A stretch of 35,326 nucleotides of DNA from Parcubacteria group bacterium Gr01-1014_13 (GTDB lineage Bacteria > Patescibacteriota > Patescibacteriia > Magasanikbacterales > GWA2-37-8): contig VMGB01000001.1 in the NCBI GenBank assembly GCA_007376295.1, positions 248,643 through 283,968 on the forward strand. Reading direction: 5' to 3'. The notes under the pieces are model-generated. The model did not search any database and was not told the DNA's origin. It saw nothing but the letters and a program-made list of their open reading frames with translations. Shown in pieces: positions 8,100 through 17,192 of the stretch. The first letter of the stretch is position 1. Every line of letters starts with the position of its first letter. Position numbers and translations under genes: made by a program.

Positions 8100-10374
8100 A
8101 TTCCTTCCAAAATCTTCCCTGTTCAAACATTTGTCTTTTCCATTTATAGAAATCTAAATATTCACACAATGTCAGCGGCGAACTGGTAGCGGAGTTATAG
8201 TCACTCTCTTCGCATTGAATCTCGCTAGGAATATTATAATCAATTGTTCTTTTGCCTTGTGCGTCAATTTGATTAATATACAAGCCAAACTCGTGCATAC
8301 CAAGCAAGTTTGGATATTTGTTTCTGTCATCAAAAATAGAGTGCCCTTCAAATGAATTTGGCGCGTTAATACCAAGCAAATGCAAAACTGAAGGCGCCAT
8401 ATCAATACCAGACATATACATATCAACTTTTTTTGGCAATTTTGAATCCGGAATATACATCATAAACGCGTTTTCATCATAAAAATTTACTTTCCCCGCG
8501 TCTTCGGGAAAGATATCTTTTGTGACCCCGGCCGGAAAAACAGCGTGGTCAGCAACAGCAATTACAATAGTGTTATCGTAAAATTTGCTGGTTTTAAATT
8601 CTTCCCAAAATATGCGGAAGGCGTCATCGGTGGTGTGATACGCATTTAAGGCATTGCTCTTGCTGTTTCTAAATTGAACTATGTCTTTGGCTATATCAAA
8701 CGGTAAATGGGAATCCACAGTAGAAAGCATCATCAAAAACGGCTCCGGCTTTTGTTCTAATATATCCATCATTACGGGAAACATCTGATGGTCTGAATAG
8801 CCCCACGCCAACGGCTCTCCTTTAATAACTTTTGCTAATTCCGCGGTGCCAAAAACTTCATCCGTCCCCATGCTGGCAAACAGAGTGTCTTTGTTGGCAA
8901 AATTTTTCGCAACTGCGGTGATATATCCCGTATACTGATAGCCGTTGTTTTTTAAAATTTTCGGGAGACATTCAAGATACACTTTTTTAATCTTTTTTTC
9001 TTTTTCTAACTCTTCATGCCCGGTAGGTGGCAAAAATGAACAGAGTTGGGAAATAATTCCGGTAATGGTGGGTGTAGAGCCATTATATAGTTTCCAAAAA
9101 ACAGTAGTGTTTTTATCGTTGGCAAACGCGTCCAGACCGGGCGTTAAATCCTTAAAGCGGTTATTGTTGTAAACATCGACGAAACGGGAAGAAAAAGATT
9201 CCAGATAAACCAAAATTATGTTCGGTTTTTTGTTTTTAAATTTTTCCGGGAGTAGCGGTTTAGATTCCTTGTACACTTTTTCTTTGTAAGCAACGGCGAA
9301 TTTATCCGTATTATAACGCAATCCAAACCTCTCTAATTTACCAAAAACATACGGCGGCAAATCTATCCTTACCTCTTTTGCAAAAAAATGATTGTAAAAC
9401 GACCTGGCTATGACAAATTCGGGCGCGGATTTCACAGAGCTGGTTGCTCCGATGACCAAACAACCGATCAAAATTACCAGGTAATGATAAAATTTCCAGT
9501 ATTTTTTTGAAGCTGTGTTGTGCGCGCGCAAAACATACTTAATTACAAAAATCATGGCAATAAAGCTGGCAAGATATGCGGCCAACAGAATATATGTCAG
9601 CCAATTCCAGACAACACCACTTGATTCTCCCGCATGCTGCAAAACCACCGGACTAAAATATAGCCCGGCAAAATATAGCACACCAGCATTGACTACCCAG
9701 ACAAACATTACAAACGCTTGCGCCACGACCCAAATCAAAATACCCAAGTAACGCCACCATTTTTTCGTGCCCATGTATACCAACGCGCCCAAAGCAAAGC
9801 CTATCAGCCACAGCATAGTCATGGACCATGCACGAAAAACGATAACATTGTAGATTTTACTTTGCGCGTCTAAGATATAAAACCTAAACCCAAAATATTG
9901 TAAAATGCCGTTTAAAGTAAAAAGAAAAAGGATTATCGCGAACAATCCTCTGTTAATTATTCTCCAGTCAGAGGCGCCGTGATGTCTGGACATTTGTCTG
10001 TCGGCCACGAAAAACAAAAGCGCTAAAATAACTATGGAATAAACCAAACTTAGTAATTCGTTTCGGGAAAAAAATACTAAAAACAACAGCGACACGGTCA
10101 AAAAAAGTTTATCTATCGAATTAGCAAATTCAGTATACCAAAATGGGTGCCGTTCCATTTTTCTTACTACGTATAAAAATAATTTTTTTCCGGTAACAAA
10201 TAAAAGATAAATGATAATCCAGGTGGCAAGGGAGATTAAAACAAACCTTAGGTGGGGCCTATATTTTACATGGTACCAATTCCAGCCGGCAGTAATAACA
10301 AAAGAGCCGGCTAATCCATATAAAGCCGGCAGCCATGATTTGATGCGATTGAAAAAAATTTTTAACATGTGCAA
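8098..10374 (-). CDS. LTA synthase family / membrane sulfatase-like phosphotransferase
   Basis: Many N-terminal TM helices; KPNIILVYLESF, T nucleophile (PTITG), SHLPF, NTIVIAVADH. Confidence 0.85.
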   Translation of the reverse strand: MHMLKIFFNRIKSWLPALYGLAGSFVITAGWNWYHVKYRPHLRFVLISLATWIIIYLLFVTGKKLFLYVVRKMERHPFWYTEFANSIDKLFLTVSLLFLVFFSRNELLSLVYSIVILALLFFVADRQMSRHHGASDWRIINRGLFAIILFLFTLNGILQYFGFRFYILDAQSKIYNVIVFRAWSMTMLWLIGFALGALVYMGTKKWWRYLGILIWVVAQAFVMFVWVVNAGVLYFAGLYFSPVVLQHAGESSGVVWNWLTYILLAAYLASFIAMIFVIKYVLRAHNTASKKYWKFYHYLVILIGCLVIGATSSVKSAPEFVIARSFYNHFFAKEVRIDLPPYVFGKLERFGLRYNTDKFAVAYKEKVYKESKPLLPEKFKNKKPNIILVYLESFSSRFVDVYNNNRFKDLTPGLDAFANDKNTTVFWKLYNGSTPTITGIISQLCSFLPPTGHEELEKEKKIKKVYLECLPKILKNNGYQYTGYITAVAKNFANKDTLFASMGTDEVFGTAELAKVIKGEPLAWGYSDHQMFPVMMDILEQKPEPFLMMLSTVDSHLPFDIAKDIVQFRNSKSNALNAYHTTDDAFRIFWEEFKTSKFYDNTIVIAVADHAVFPAGVTKDIFPEDAGKVNFYDENAFMMYIPDSKLPKKVDMYMSGIDMAPSVLHLLGINAPNSFEGHSIFDDRNKYPNLLGMHEFGLYINQIDAQGKRTIDYNIPSEIQCEESDYNSATSSPLTLCEYLDFYKWKRQMFEQGRFWKE

Positions 10375-10734
10375 TTACATCTCCATTTTATACTCTTTAT
10401 CGTCCCGGCTAACCTTTTTATCTTTGGATTTAACACGTTGCTTTAATTTATACTTTTTTAATTCCAGTTCAAGATAATCACGAATTTTATCAACTGCTTT
10501 GTACAAAGAGTCTTCTTCTTTAAGGGCAAATAGGTTTTTGCCCGGAACATCTAACTTACATTCAGCGAAGAACTTATCCCCTTTTTGGTGGTGCTCGCTA
10601 TTTACCCCCAATACCACCTCGGCTCTGATAATTTTTTCATTGTAAAACTTATTCAAAGCCAGCATTTTTTTGTTTACGTAATCTTTGACCGCTTCTGTAA
10701 GATCCATGCTTTTGCCGGTGATTTGTATTTGCAT
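10375..10734 (-). CDS. hpf: Ribosome hibernation factor (RaiA/HPF, short form)
   Basis: MQIQITGKSMDLTEAVKDYV..K...SLYKAVD...LKKYK. Confidence 0.92.
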   Translation of the reverse strand: MQIQITGKSMDLTEAVKDYVNKKMLALNKFYNEKIIRAEVVLGVNSEHHQKGDKFFAECKLDVPGKNLFALKEEDSLYKAVDKIRDYLELELKKYKLKQRVKSKDKKVSRDDKEYKMEM

Positions 10735-10744
10735 ATTGCTAAGT

Positions 10745-11698
10745 TTACTTAATAATTTGCACTTCAGGGTCTAATTCTACGCCAAATTTATTATATACTC
10801 TCTGTTTTATTTCTTCAACTAAAGTCAGAACATCCGCTTGAGTGGCATTACGATAATTTATTACGTAATTGCCATGCTCATCGGAAATTTTTGCTCCACC
10901 AGAAGACAGCCCGCGCAACCCCAGTTGTTCCGTTACCCATCCGACTGGTACGGTACCTCTTTGTAAAAACAATTCCGGTAATTCTTTTTTATCTCCTGGC
11001 CATTTATCTATCTTTAAATTTTTGAAAAAACTACCAGCCGAAGGAAACGGGGTATGTTTACGTTGTTTAAGATAGGTCTGCATGTTTTCCATTATTTTTT
11101 GTTTGTCTCCCGGCTCCAGATAAATGCAGGCGCGCAAAATAATATCCTTGTTGTGTTTAAAAGCAGTGTCGCGGTAGGCAAATTTGCAGTCTTCCGGTTT
11201 TATTCGCAAAACTTCGCCATCCCGCCAAATATCTACCCATTGTGTAACGGAAGAAATATCTTTACCCATAGCGCCCGCATTGCCGCGTATAGCTCCGCCA
11301 AAATTTCCTGGCACACCTACAGCCCAATCCATACCAGCCAGGCTGTTTTTGGCCGCCAAATTCACTACCATACCCAAAACTACCCCTGCATCTATTTCTA
11401 TATCAAAACCTTTGCCTTTAGGAATCATTTTTGGGGCGTCGTTAGTAGCTATTTTGATCACCAAACCATCATAACCTTCATCACTTATAAGCAAGTTTGA
11501 CCCGCCGCTGAGCACTAGATAATCAACGCCTTCGGCCATTAGATAGTTCAAAAGCTCTACCAACTTCTCTGTTTTACGAACAATGATAAAAAACTTGGCT
11601 GGGCCGCCAATTTTAAAAGTGGTATGTTTAGCCAAAGATTCATTAAGTTTGACGTCTCCAAACTGCTTGAGTTGTTCGTAAAAACTGGTGTCAGTCAT
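10745..11698 (-). CDS. murB: UDP-N-acetylenolpyruvoylglucosamine reductase
   Basis: HTTFKIGGPA, GGSNLL, PGNFGGAIRGNAGA, PSAGSFFKN, ELDPEV. Confidence 0.96.
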   Translation of the reverse strand: MTDTSFYEQLKQFGDVKLNESLAKHTTFKIGGPAKFFIIVRKTEKLVELLNYLMAEGVDYLVLSGGSNLLISDEGYDGLVIKIATNDAPKMIPKGKGFDIEIDAGVVLGMVVNLAAKNSLAGMDWAVGVPGNFGGAIRGNAGAMGKDISSVTQWVDIWRDGEVLRIKPEDCKFAYRDTAFKHNKDIILRACIYLEPGDKQKIMENMQTYLKQRKHTPFPSAGSFFKNLKIDKWPGDKKELPELFLQRGTVPVGWVTEQLGLRGLSSGGAKISDEHGNYVINYRNATQADVLTLVEEIKQRVYNKFGVELDPEVQIIK

Positions 11699-11754
11699 AA
11701 GCTTGCTTTTTGTCGTTTTTTGAAGTAGTATATGGACTAGTATATAGGAAATCT

Positions 11755-12966
11755 ATGCTAAATTCAAATAGCCTACTAAAAGCCATTTCCAAACGGTTAT
11801 TGAAGCGCCGTTTGTTTTATGTCTGCAGGGATGTTGAACGGGCTATAGGGGTTGATTTGACCCTGCCAAATTACTATATAATCACTAATTATAGCGAATT
11901 TTCGGCAAAACTGGCCCAACAGCACCCCAATATTATTCTAATTAATGAAAAAGAGCAACTAGACACCCGTGATCTGTTGGCACATACCAAAACCAAAAAT
12001 ACGATAAAAAAGAATGATTTTGTCCTGGTTTTTAAAAATAACGCTCTTATTGAATCCCAATGCCGCAAAAATGGTTGGAAGCTACTAAACCCAAGCTCGA
12101 AATTGGCCGATAAAGTGGAAAGTAAAATATCACAAGTGGAATGGTTGGGAGGTTTGGTTGAATATTTGCCACCACACCAAATTGATATTTGCGGCAATGT
12201 GCACTGGGGTGGCAAGTCTTTTATTTTACAATTCAACCATTCCCATACTGGCAGCGGCACATTTTTTATTGATTCAGATAAAAAATTGTCTGATTTAAAA
12301 GCAAAATTTTCTAAACGTGAAGTGCGTATTACTGACTTTATTAAAGGACCGGTATTTACAAATAACAACGCAGTTTGGGGAAATAAAATTTTAACTGGGA
12401 ATATAAGTTATCAAATTACTGGTCTATCCCCTTTTACAGATAATAAATTTGCCACTATTGGCAATGATTGGGCTCTGCCGCACAAAATTTTATCTAAAAA
12501 ACAAATTTTGCAATATAAAAAAATAGCTAGTGAGGTTGGTAAAAAATTAAGTAAAGACGGCTGGAAAGGATTGTACGGGGTTGATATAATTGTGAATGAC
12601 AAATCCGGACAAATTTATCTGCTGGAGATAAACGCCCGTCAACCGGCTTCTACAACTTGCGAATCTTTATTGCAAAAATTGAGTAGAAAATCTGGAGTTT
12701 CAACTTTTGAAGCACATTTAGCAAGTTTATTGGGTCTGCCAAGCGATGGCTATAAACTTATCCCTATAGATGACGGCGCGCAGATTGTGCAACGAGTGAC
12801 AAATAAAATTTCTGAAATGCGAGCACCAAAAATTAAAGATAATGCCTTGATAAATATTATTAAGTACAACAATACTTTATTCGGCTCTGATTTGATTCGT
12901 TTTCAATTTAGTAAAGGCTTGATGAAAGAACATAATGTATTGAATGCATTTGGCAAAAAAATATGA
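11755..12966 (+). CDS. ATP-grasp domain ligase, unknown substrate
   Basis: HTGSGT loop, GLYGVDII, LLEINARQPAST; ATG start at 11755 chosen. Confidence 0.8.
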   Translation: MLNSNSLLKAISKRLLKRRLFYVCRDVERAIGVDLTLPNYYIITNYSEFSAKLAQQHPNIILINEKEQLDTRDLLAHTKTKNTIKKNDFVLVFKNNALIESQCRKNGWKLLNPSSKLADKVESKISQVEWLGGLVEYLPPHQIDICGNVHWGGKSFILQFNHSHTGSGTFFIDSDKKLSDLKAKFSKREVRITDFIKGPVFTNNNAVWGNKILTGNISYQITGLSPFTDNKFATIGNDWALPHKILSKKQILQYKKIASEVGKKLSKDGWKGLYGVDIIVNDKSGQIYLLEINARQPASTTCESLLQKLSRKSGVSTFEAHLASLLGLPSDGYKLIPIDDGAQIVQRVTNKISEMRAPKIKDNALINIIKYNNTLFGSDLIRFQFSKGLMKEHNVLNAFGKKI

Positions 12967-13766
12967 AGCTATCCCCTTCTGCCCTAAAAACAATCCACGA
13001 TTATTTTAACCTGCCGTTTATTGGAGTCTCCGGAGTACGATGCCCTTATTTTAATAATGCCAGGTTAGGGCAACGCGGACAGCTAAAGGTTTTAATAGGC
13101 AAAGGCACGCCTGAAGAGATTGTAGAAGAGGCAAAAATAGTTTCTATCCAATACCGAGCCAATGTTTTTGATAAAAATGGGGTGTTTAATGCTCACGTGG
13201 ATCATCCGGCTCAACATGAACAAGCTGAATGCATACGACAATTTTTGGTAGACAATAATCTTGGTGTAGATTGCTCCGGATTTGTAACTAATGTTTTACA
13301 GAAACATTTTCAAGAAACAAAAGGTATTGATTTTGTAAAAAAACTTTTTGTTACCTCAAAGAAAAATTTCTTACGCTGGATAATCAGCCGCCTACGGCCA
13401 GTGGAACAAATTAGCGTGGCTGTTTATGCAAATAATAAAAATACTAGTGTTATAAATGATTTAAAAACAGTCCAACCTGGAGATTTGGTGGTGGCACTAA
13501 AAACTGGTCCGAATAAAAACTACAATCATATTTTGTTAGTCGAAGAAATAGATGGAAACAAAATTAAATATGCGCATGCCCGCACTTGGTCTAGCGAAGG
13601 CAAATACGGACATGGCGTATCACAGGGCACAATCACTATCACCAATCCGAAAAAAGGATTGCTGGAACAAGTATGGGAAGAAAAAAATAAAACTGGCGAA
13701 GATAACGAAACTTATCTAGAGGCCAAGCAGGCCGAGGTTTTGGAAATTAGAAGAATTAAATTATGA
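12963..13766 (+). CDS. NlpC/P60-like cysteine peptidase, no signal peptide
   Basis: GVDCSGFV catalytic Cys, QPGDLV, NHILLV (His), YAHA (His); ATGA overlap with upstream gene. Confidence 0.7.
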   Translation: MKLSPSALKTIHDYFNLPFIGVSGVRCPYFNNARLGQRGQLKVLIGKGTPEEIVEEAKIVSIQYRANVFDKNGVFNAHVDHPAQHEQAECIRQFLVDNNLGVDCSGFVTNVLQKHFQETKGIDFVKKLFVTSKKNFLRWIISRLRPVEQISVAVYANNKNTSVINDLKTVQPGDLVVALKTGPNKNYNHILLVEEIDGNKIKYAHARTWSSEGKYGHGVSQGTITITNPKKGLLEQVWEEKNKTGEDNETYLEAKQAEVLEIRRIKL

Positions 13767-14881
13767 ATCTGCCTTTAATTCAACAGGCTTTGTCTTACTT
13801 AATCTTCTCCGCTATCGGAGCATTTATTTGGGCACCTTTGCTTACTAAGATTTTGTATAAATACAAAATTACACGTCGCGATGAATTCGATTTTACGCTC
13901 AAGGGCGGAGAAAGAAATAAAAAAGTTGGCACTCCGATAATGGGCGGATTACTGGTAATAGTTACAGTGACTGTGGTGACTATGATTTTTAATTGGAACA
14001 GAGAAAACACCTACGTACCCATTGGTGTAATGGGGATCGCGGCATTACTTGGCGCAACCGATGACTTGCTAAATATTTTTGGCAAAAAACGCCGTGAACG
14101 AAAAATTTCCCATATCATAAATCTTATAAAAGTGCACAAAAAATGGTACATGAGGCTGTGGTATCTTTTAATTCTGCCTTGGGAAGCATTTCGTAAGTCT
14201 GCGGCTATACTTGGTTCCCACCCCGGACGAGGTATCCAAGTTCATGAAAAACTATTTTTCCAATTTTTGGCTGGAGCGGTGACTGCGTGGTGGATATATT
14301 TTAAACTGGGAATTCAGTGGCATTCTCTGTGGGTGCCGTTTGACGGCCAGCCATATGTCGGCTGGTGGATAATCCCAATAGTGATTTTTTTCGTAATGTT
14401 TACGGCCAATGCGGTCAATTTTGCCGATGGTCTGGATGGTTTAGCTGGTGGATCATTAGTGATTACCTTTTTGGGTTTAATGATAATCAGCTGGACTGAA
14501 GGACGTACTTCGTTTACCTTGCTAAACGCTACGGTAGTAGGCGCTTTGATTGCTTATACATATTTTAATGTAAAGCCGGCCAGATTTCAGATGGGAGATG
14601 TGGGGTCGCTGGGGTTGGGAGCGCTTCTGGCAATAAACGCTATCGCTATAAACCGCACCATGCTTATCCCCTTTGTTGGCTTTATTTTCTATGTCGAAAT
14701 TATTTCAGTAATTATTCAAGTATTTTGCCGCCGAATACTAGGACGTAGATTTTTCAAAATGGCGCCAATACACCATCACTTTGAATTCCGCGGCTGGAGT
14801 GAAGAAAAAATCGTGATGCGTTTTTGGTTAATACACGCATTTTTTGTAATTTTAGCAATTTGGATGAGTTTGTATAAATAG
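13763..14881 (+). CDS. mraY: Phospho-N-acetylmuramoyl-pentapeptide transferase
   Basis: KVGTPIMGG, DD, NAVNFADGLDGL, MGDVGSLGLG, MAPIHHHFE. Confidence 0.93.
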   Translation: MNLPLIQQALSYLIFSAIGAFIWAPLLTKILYKYKITRRDEFDFTLKGGERNKKVGTPIMGGLLVIVTVTVVTMIFNWNRENTYVPIGVMGIAALLGATDDLLNIFGKKRRERKISHIINLIKVHKKWYMRLWYLLILPWEAFRKSAAILGSHPGRGIQVHEKLFFQFLAGAVTAWWIYFKLGIQWHSLWVPFDGQPYVGWWIIPIVIFFVMFTANAVNFADGLDGLAGGSLVITFLGLMIISWTEGRTSFTLLNATVVGALIAYTYFNVKPARFQMGDVGSLGLGALLAINAIAINRTMLIPFVGFIFYVEIISVIIQVFCRRILGRRFFKMAPIHHHFEFRGWSEEKIVMRFWLIHAFFVILAIWMSLYK

Positions 14882-14882
14882 T

Positions 14883-15539
14883 ATGTATTTATCTTGGAAA
14901 GAACAAATAATTACAGATTTTAGCAATGACTCCATAGAGGCAATGTATGCTGATGGCTTAGTTTTTACGCGTATTGGCAAGGGGGTAATGAATCAAACCC
15001 GCAGTCTGCGTATTGATTTAAGCAAATTTGAATTATCTTCAGAAAATAGACGCATATTAAGTAAAACTGAAGATTTGGTTTTCTCCATTCATCCTATCCC
15101 CTATACGCAATACCAATGGACGATACATAAAATGGGTAAAGAATTTTATGGGAAAAAATTTGGAGGAAAAATTTTTAGCGCCCAGAAAATAAAAGAGCTG
15201 ATTACAGACAAAGACAAAAGTAATTTTAATAAATTGTTTGTTTATGCCAAAGACGAAAAAAATATTGGTTATTGTATAGCGCTGGAAACAGAAAAAATTC
15301 TACACTACTGTTATCCGTTTTATGATTTGGAATCAAATTACCAAAATATTGGCATGGGGATGATGCTCAAAGCAATTGTTTGGGCTAAAGAAAATGGCAA
15401 AAAATATGTTTATTTAGGATCATTCCAACGACCAAGCGATGTATACAAACTGCAATTTAGCGGCTTGGAATGGTTCGATGGAGAAACCTGGCAACAGGAT
15501 ATTCATATGTTAAAGGAAGAATTAAAGACTGTTATATAA
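14883..15539 (+). CDS. ATE1/Bpt-like aminoacyl-tRNA-dependent transferase (GNAT fold)
   Basis: SLRIDLSKFELSSENRRIL; YPFYD...IG..M.LKAI.WAKENGKKYVYLG...YKLQF..LE resembles the arginyl-tRNA-protein transferase C domain. Confidence 0.75.
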   Translation: MYLSWKEQIITDFSNDSIEAMYADGLVFTRIGKGVMNQTRSLRIDLSKFELSSENRRILSKTEDLVFSIHPIPYTQYQWTIHKMGKEFYGKKFGGKIFSAQKIKELITDKDKSNFNKLFVYAKDEKNIGYCIALETEKILHYCYPFYDLESNYQNIGMGMMLKAIVWAKENGKKYVYLGSFQRPSDVYKLQFSGLEWFDGETWQQDIHMLKEELKTVI

Positions 15540-15541
15540 CT

Positions 15542-16951
15542 ATGACAAAACGTATTCACTTTATTGGCATCTGCGGTGTAGCGATGAGCGCCTTAGCTGC
15601 AGCTTTCCATAAAGAAGGCTGGGAAGTTAGTGGTAGTGATGTCGGGTTTTTCCCGCCGATTTCTGATTATCTGAAAGATAATAATATTTCATTTTACCCT
15701 GGCTGGCATCCAGAAAAAATGGTTGAGAGTGGCGATCCAGATATTGTGGTGGTGGGCAATGTGGCCTCATCTACAAACGCCGAATTTATTTTCGCGCGTA
15801 AAAATAATTTAAATTATAAATCCTATCCGGAAGTTATTGCGCAGTACGTAGTGCAAAATAATTCAGCTGTGTGCGCTGGCACCTACGGCAAAACATCCAG
15901 TGCTGCCCTCCTAACCCTTATCCTAGAAAAAGCCGGCATCAATCCATCATATATGTTTGGCGGACTAAGCTTAAATTTACCAGTTAGCGCCAAAATAAAT
16001 AGCACAGAAAACAAAAATGGCTGGAGCGTGCTTGAGGGAGACGAGTACAAGACTGCTCGCTGGGATAGTCGGCCAAAATTCAAACTTTACTCCCCTACCC
16101 ACCTTCTGCTGACTTCGGTTTCTTGGGATCACGCAGATCTATATCCAACCGAAGAAACCTACTTACAAGCATTTAGAGATTTAGTCGGTATGATTCCCGC
16201 CAAAGGGTTAATTGTGGCTTGTATAGATGATTTAAAAATTAAAAATGTTTTAACCAACAACATTAACGGGGCTAAAGTAGTAACTTACGGTAAAGATCCA
16301 TCCGCAGATTACTCGTACTTACAAGCAGCGCAAACATCTGTCGGAATTTCTTTTGTTATTAAACATAACGACACAGAATTCAATATTAACACTCCGGTTT
16401 TAGGTGAGCATATGGCAGAAAACATTTGTGGCGTATTCGCTATAGCCAAAGAAATGAATGTTGATGAAAAATTAATTTTGGATACTATTACTGAGTTCAA
16501 AGGTATAAAAAGACGGCTGGAAAAAAGAAGCGAAGGAAAAATCACTATCTTTGATGATTTGGGCCATTCCCCGGCTAAAGCTGCCGCCACACTTAAAACC
16601 CTGCGCGCTATTTATCCCACAAACAAAATAACCGCTATTTTTGAGCCAAATACCGGTAATCGTAAATCACAATCTGCGCCTAGTTATGCAAATGCGTTTA
16701 AAGATGCTGACGAAGTAATTATCCCCTTACTTACCAAAATAAAGACTGATGCAAAAGATATCGACCCACCATTTGACGGACAAAAATTAGCAGAAATAAT
16801 TTCACAGACCCATAAAAACGCTTCGTTTATCCCAGATGATCAAAAATTAATTGAATATATTAAAAATAATACCAAAAAGGAAGACGTGGTCGTCTTCCTT
16901 GGTTCGCATGGATTTAGAGGGATGATTGAAGAGTTGGTCAAGGGAAATTAA
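15542..16951 (+). CDS. MurC/Mpl family Mur ligase
   Basis: Start ATG 15542; IHFIGICGVAMSALA, GTYGKTSS, EGDEY, DHAD, FKGIKRRLE, DDLGHSP, IFEP (Mpl-like features). Confidence 0.88.
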   Translation: MTKRIHFIGICGVAMSALAAAFHKEGWEVSGSDVGFFPPISDYLKDNNISFYPGWHPEKMVESGDPDIVVVGNVASSTNAEFIFARKNNLNYKSYPEVIAQYVVQNNSAVCAGTYGKTSSAALLTLILEKAGINPSYMFGGLSLNLPVSAKINSTENKNGWSVLEGDEYKTARWDSRPKFKLYSPTHLLLTSVSWDHADLYPTEETYLQAFRDLVGMIPAKGLIVACIDDLKIKNVLTNNINGAKVVTYGKDPSADYSYLQAAQTSVGISFVIKHNDTEFNINTPVLGEHMAENICGVFAIAKEMNVDEKLILDTITEFKGIKRRLEKRSEGKITIFDDLGHSPAKAAATLKTLRAIYPTNKITAIFEPNTGNRKSQSAPSYANAFKDADEVIIPLLTKIKTDAKDIDPPFDGQKLAEIISQTHKNASFIPDDQKLIEYIKNNTKKEDVVVFLGSHGFRGMIEELVKGN

Positions 16952-16956
16952 AAAGG

Positions 16957-17121
16957 TTATTTTCCTTCGTCTACAACTTCGCAAGAGATTTCATTTTCAT
17001 CCATTTTGTTTACGAGCAGTGTAATTCCGCAAACATTGCATTCGATTACATTGCCCACGGCCAAATTTGGATAACCTGAGTAATCAACTTCGTTTTTACA
17101 TTCTGGACAGATAAGTTGCAT
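16957..17121 (-). CDS. LysW-like zinc-ribbon small protein (54 aa)
   Basis: MQLICPECKNEV...GNVIECNVCGITLLV...EVVDEGK; CPEC/CxxCG spacing and acidic tail as in LysW, but no EDWGE. Confidence 0.72.
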   Translation of the reverse strand: MQLICPECKNEVDYSGYPNLAVGNVIECNVCGITLLVNKMDENEISCEVVDEGK

Positions 17122-17192
17122 AGGGTTAAAGTAGTTATTCTTAGGTGGAAAATAGTATACAATAATTATAAGAATTAGGCAAACAGACGAGT

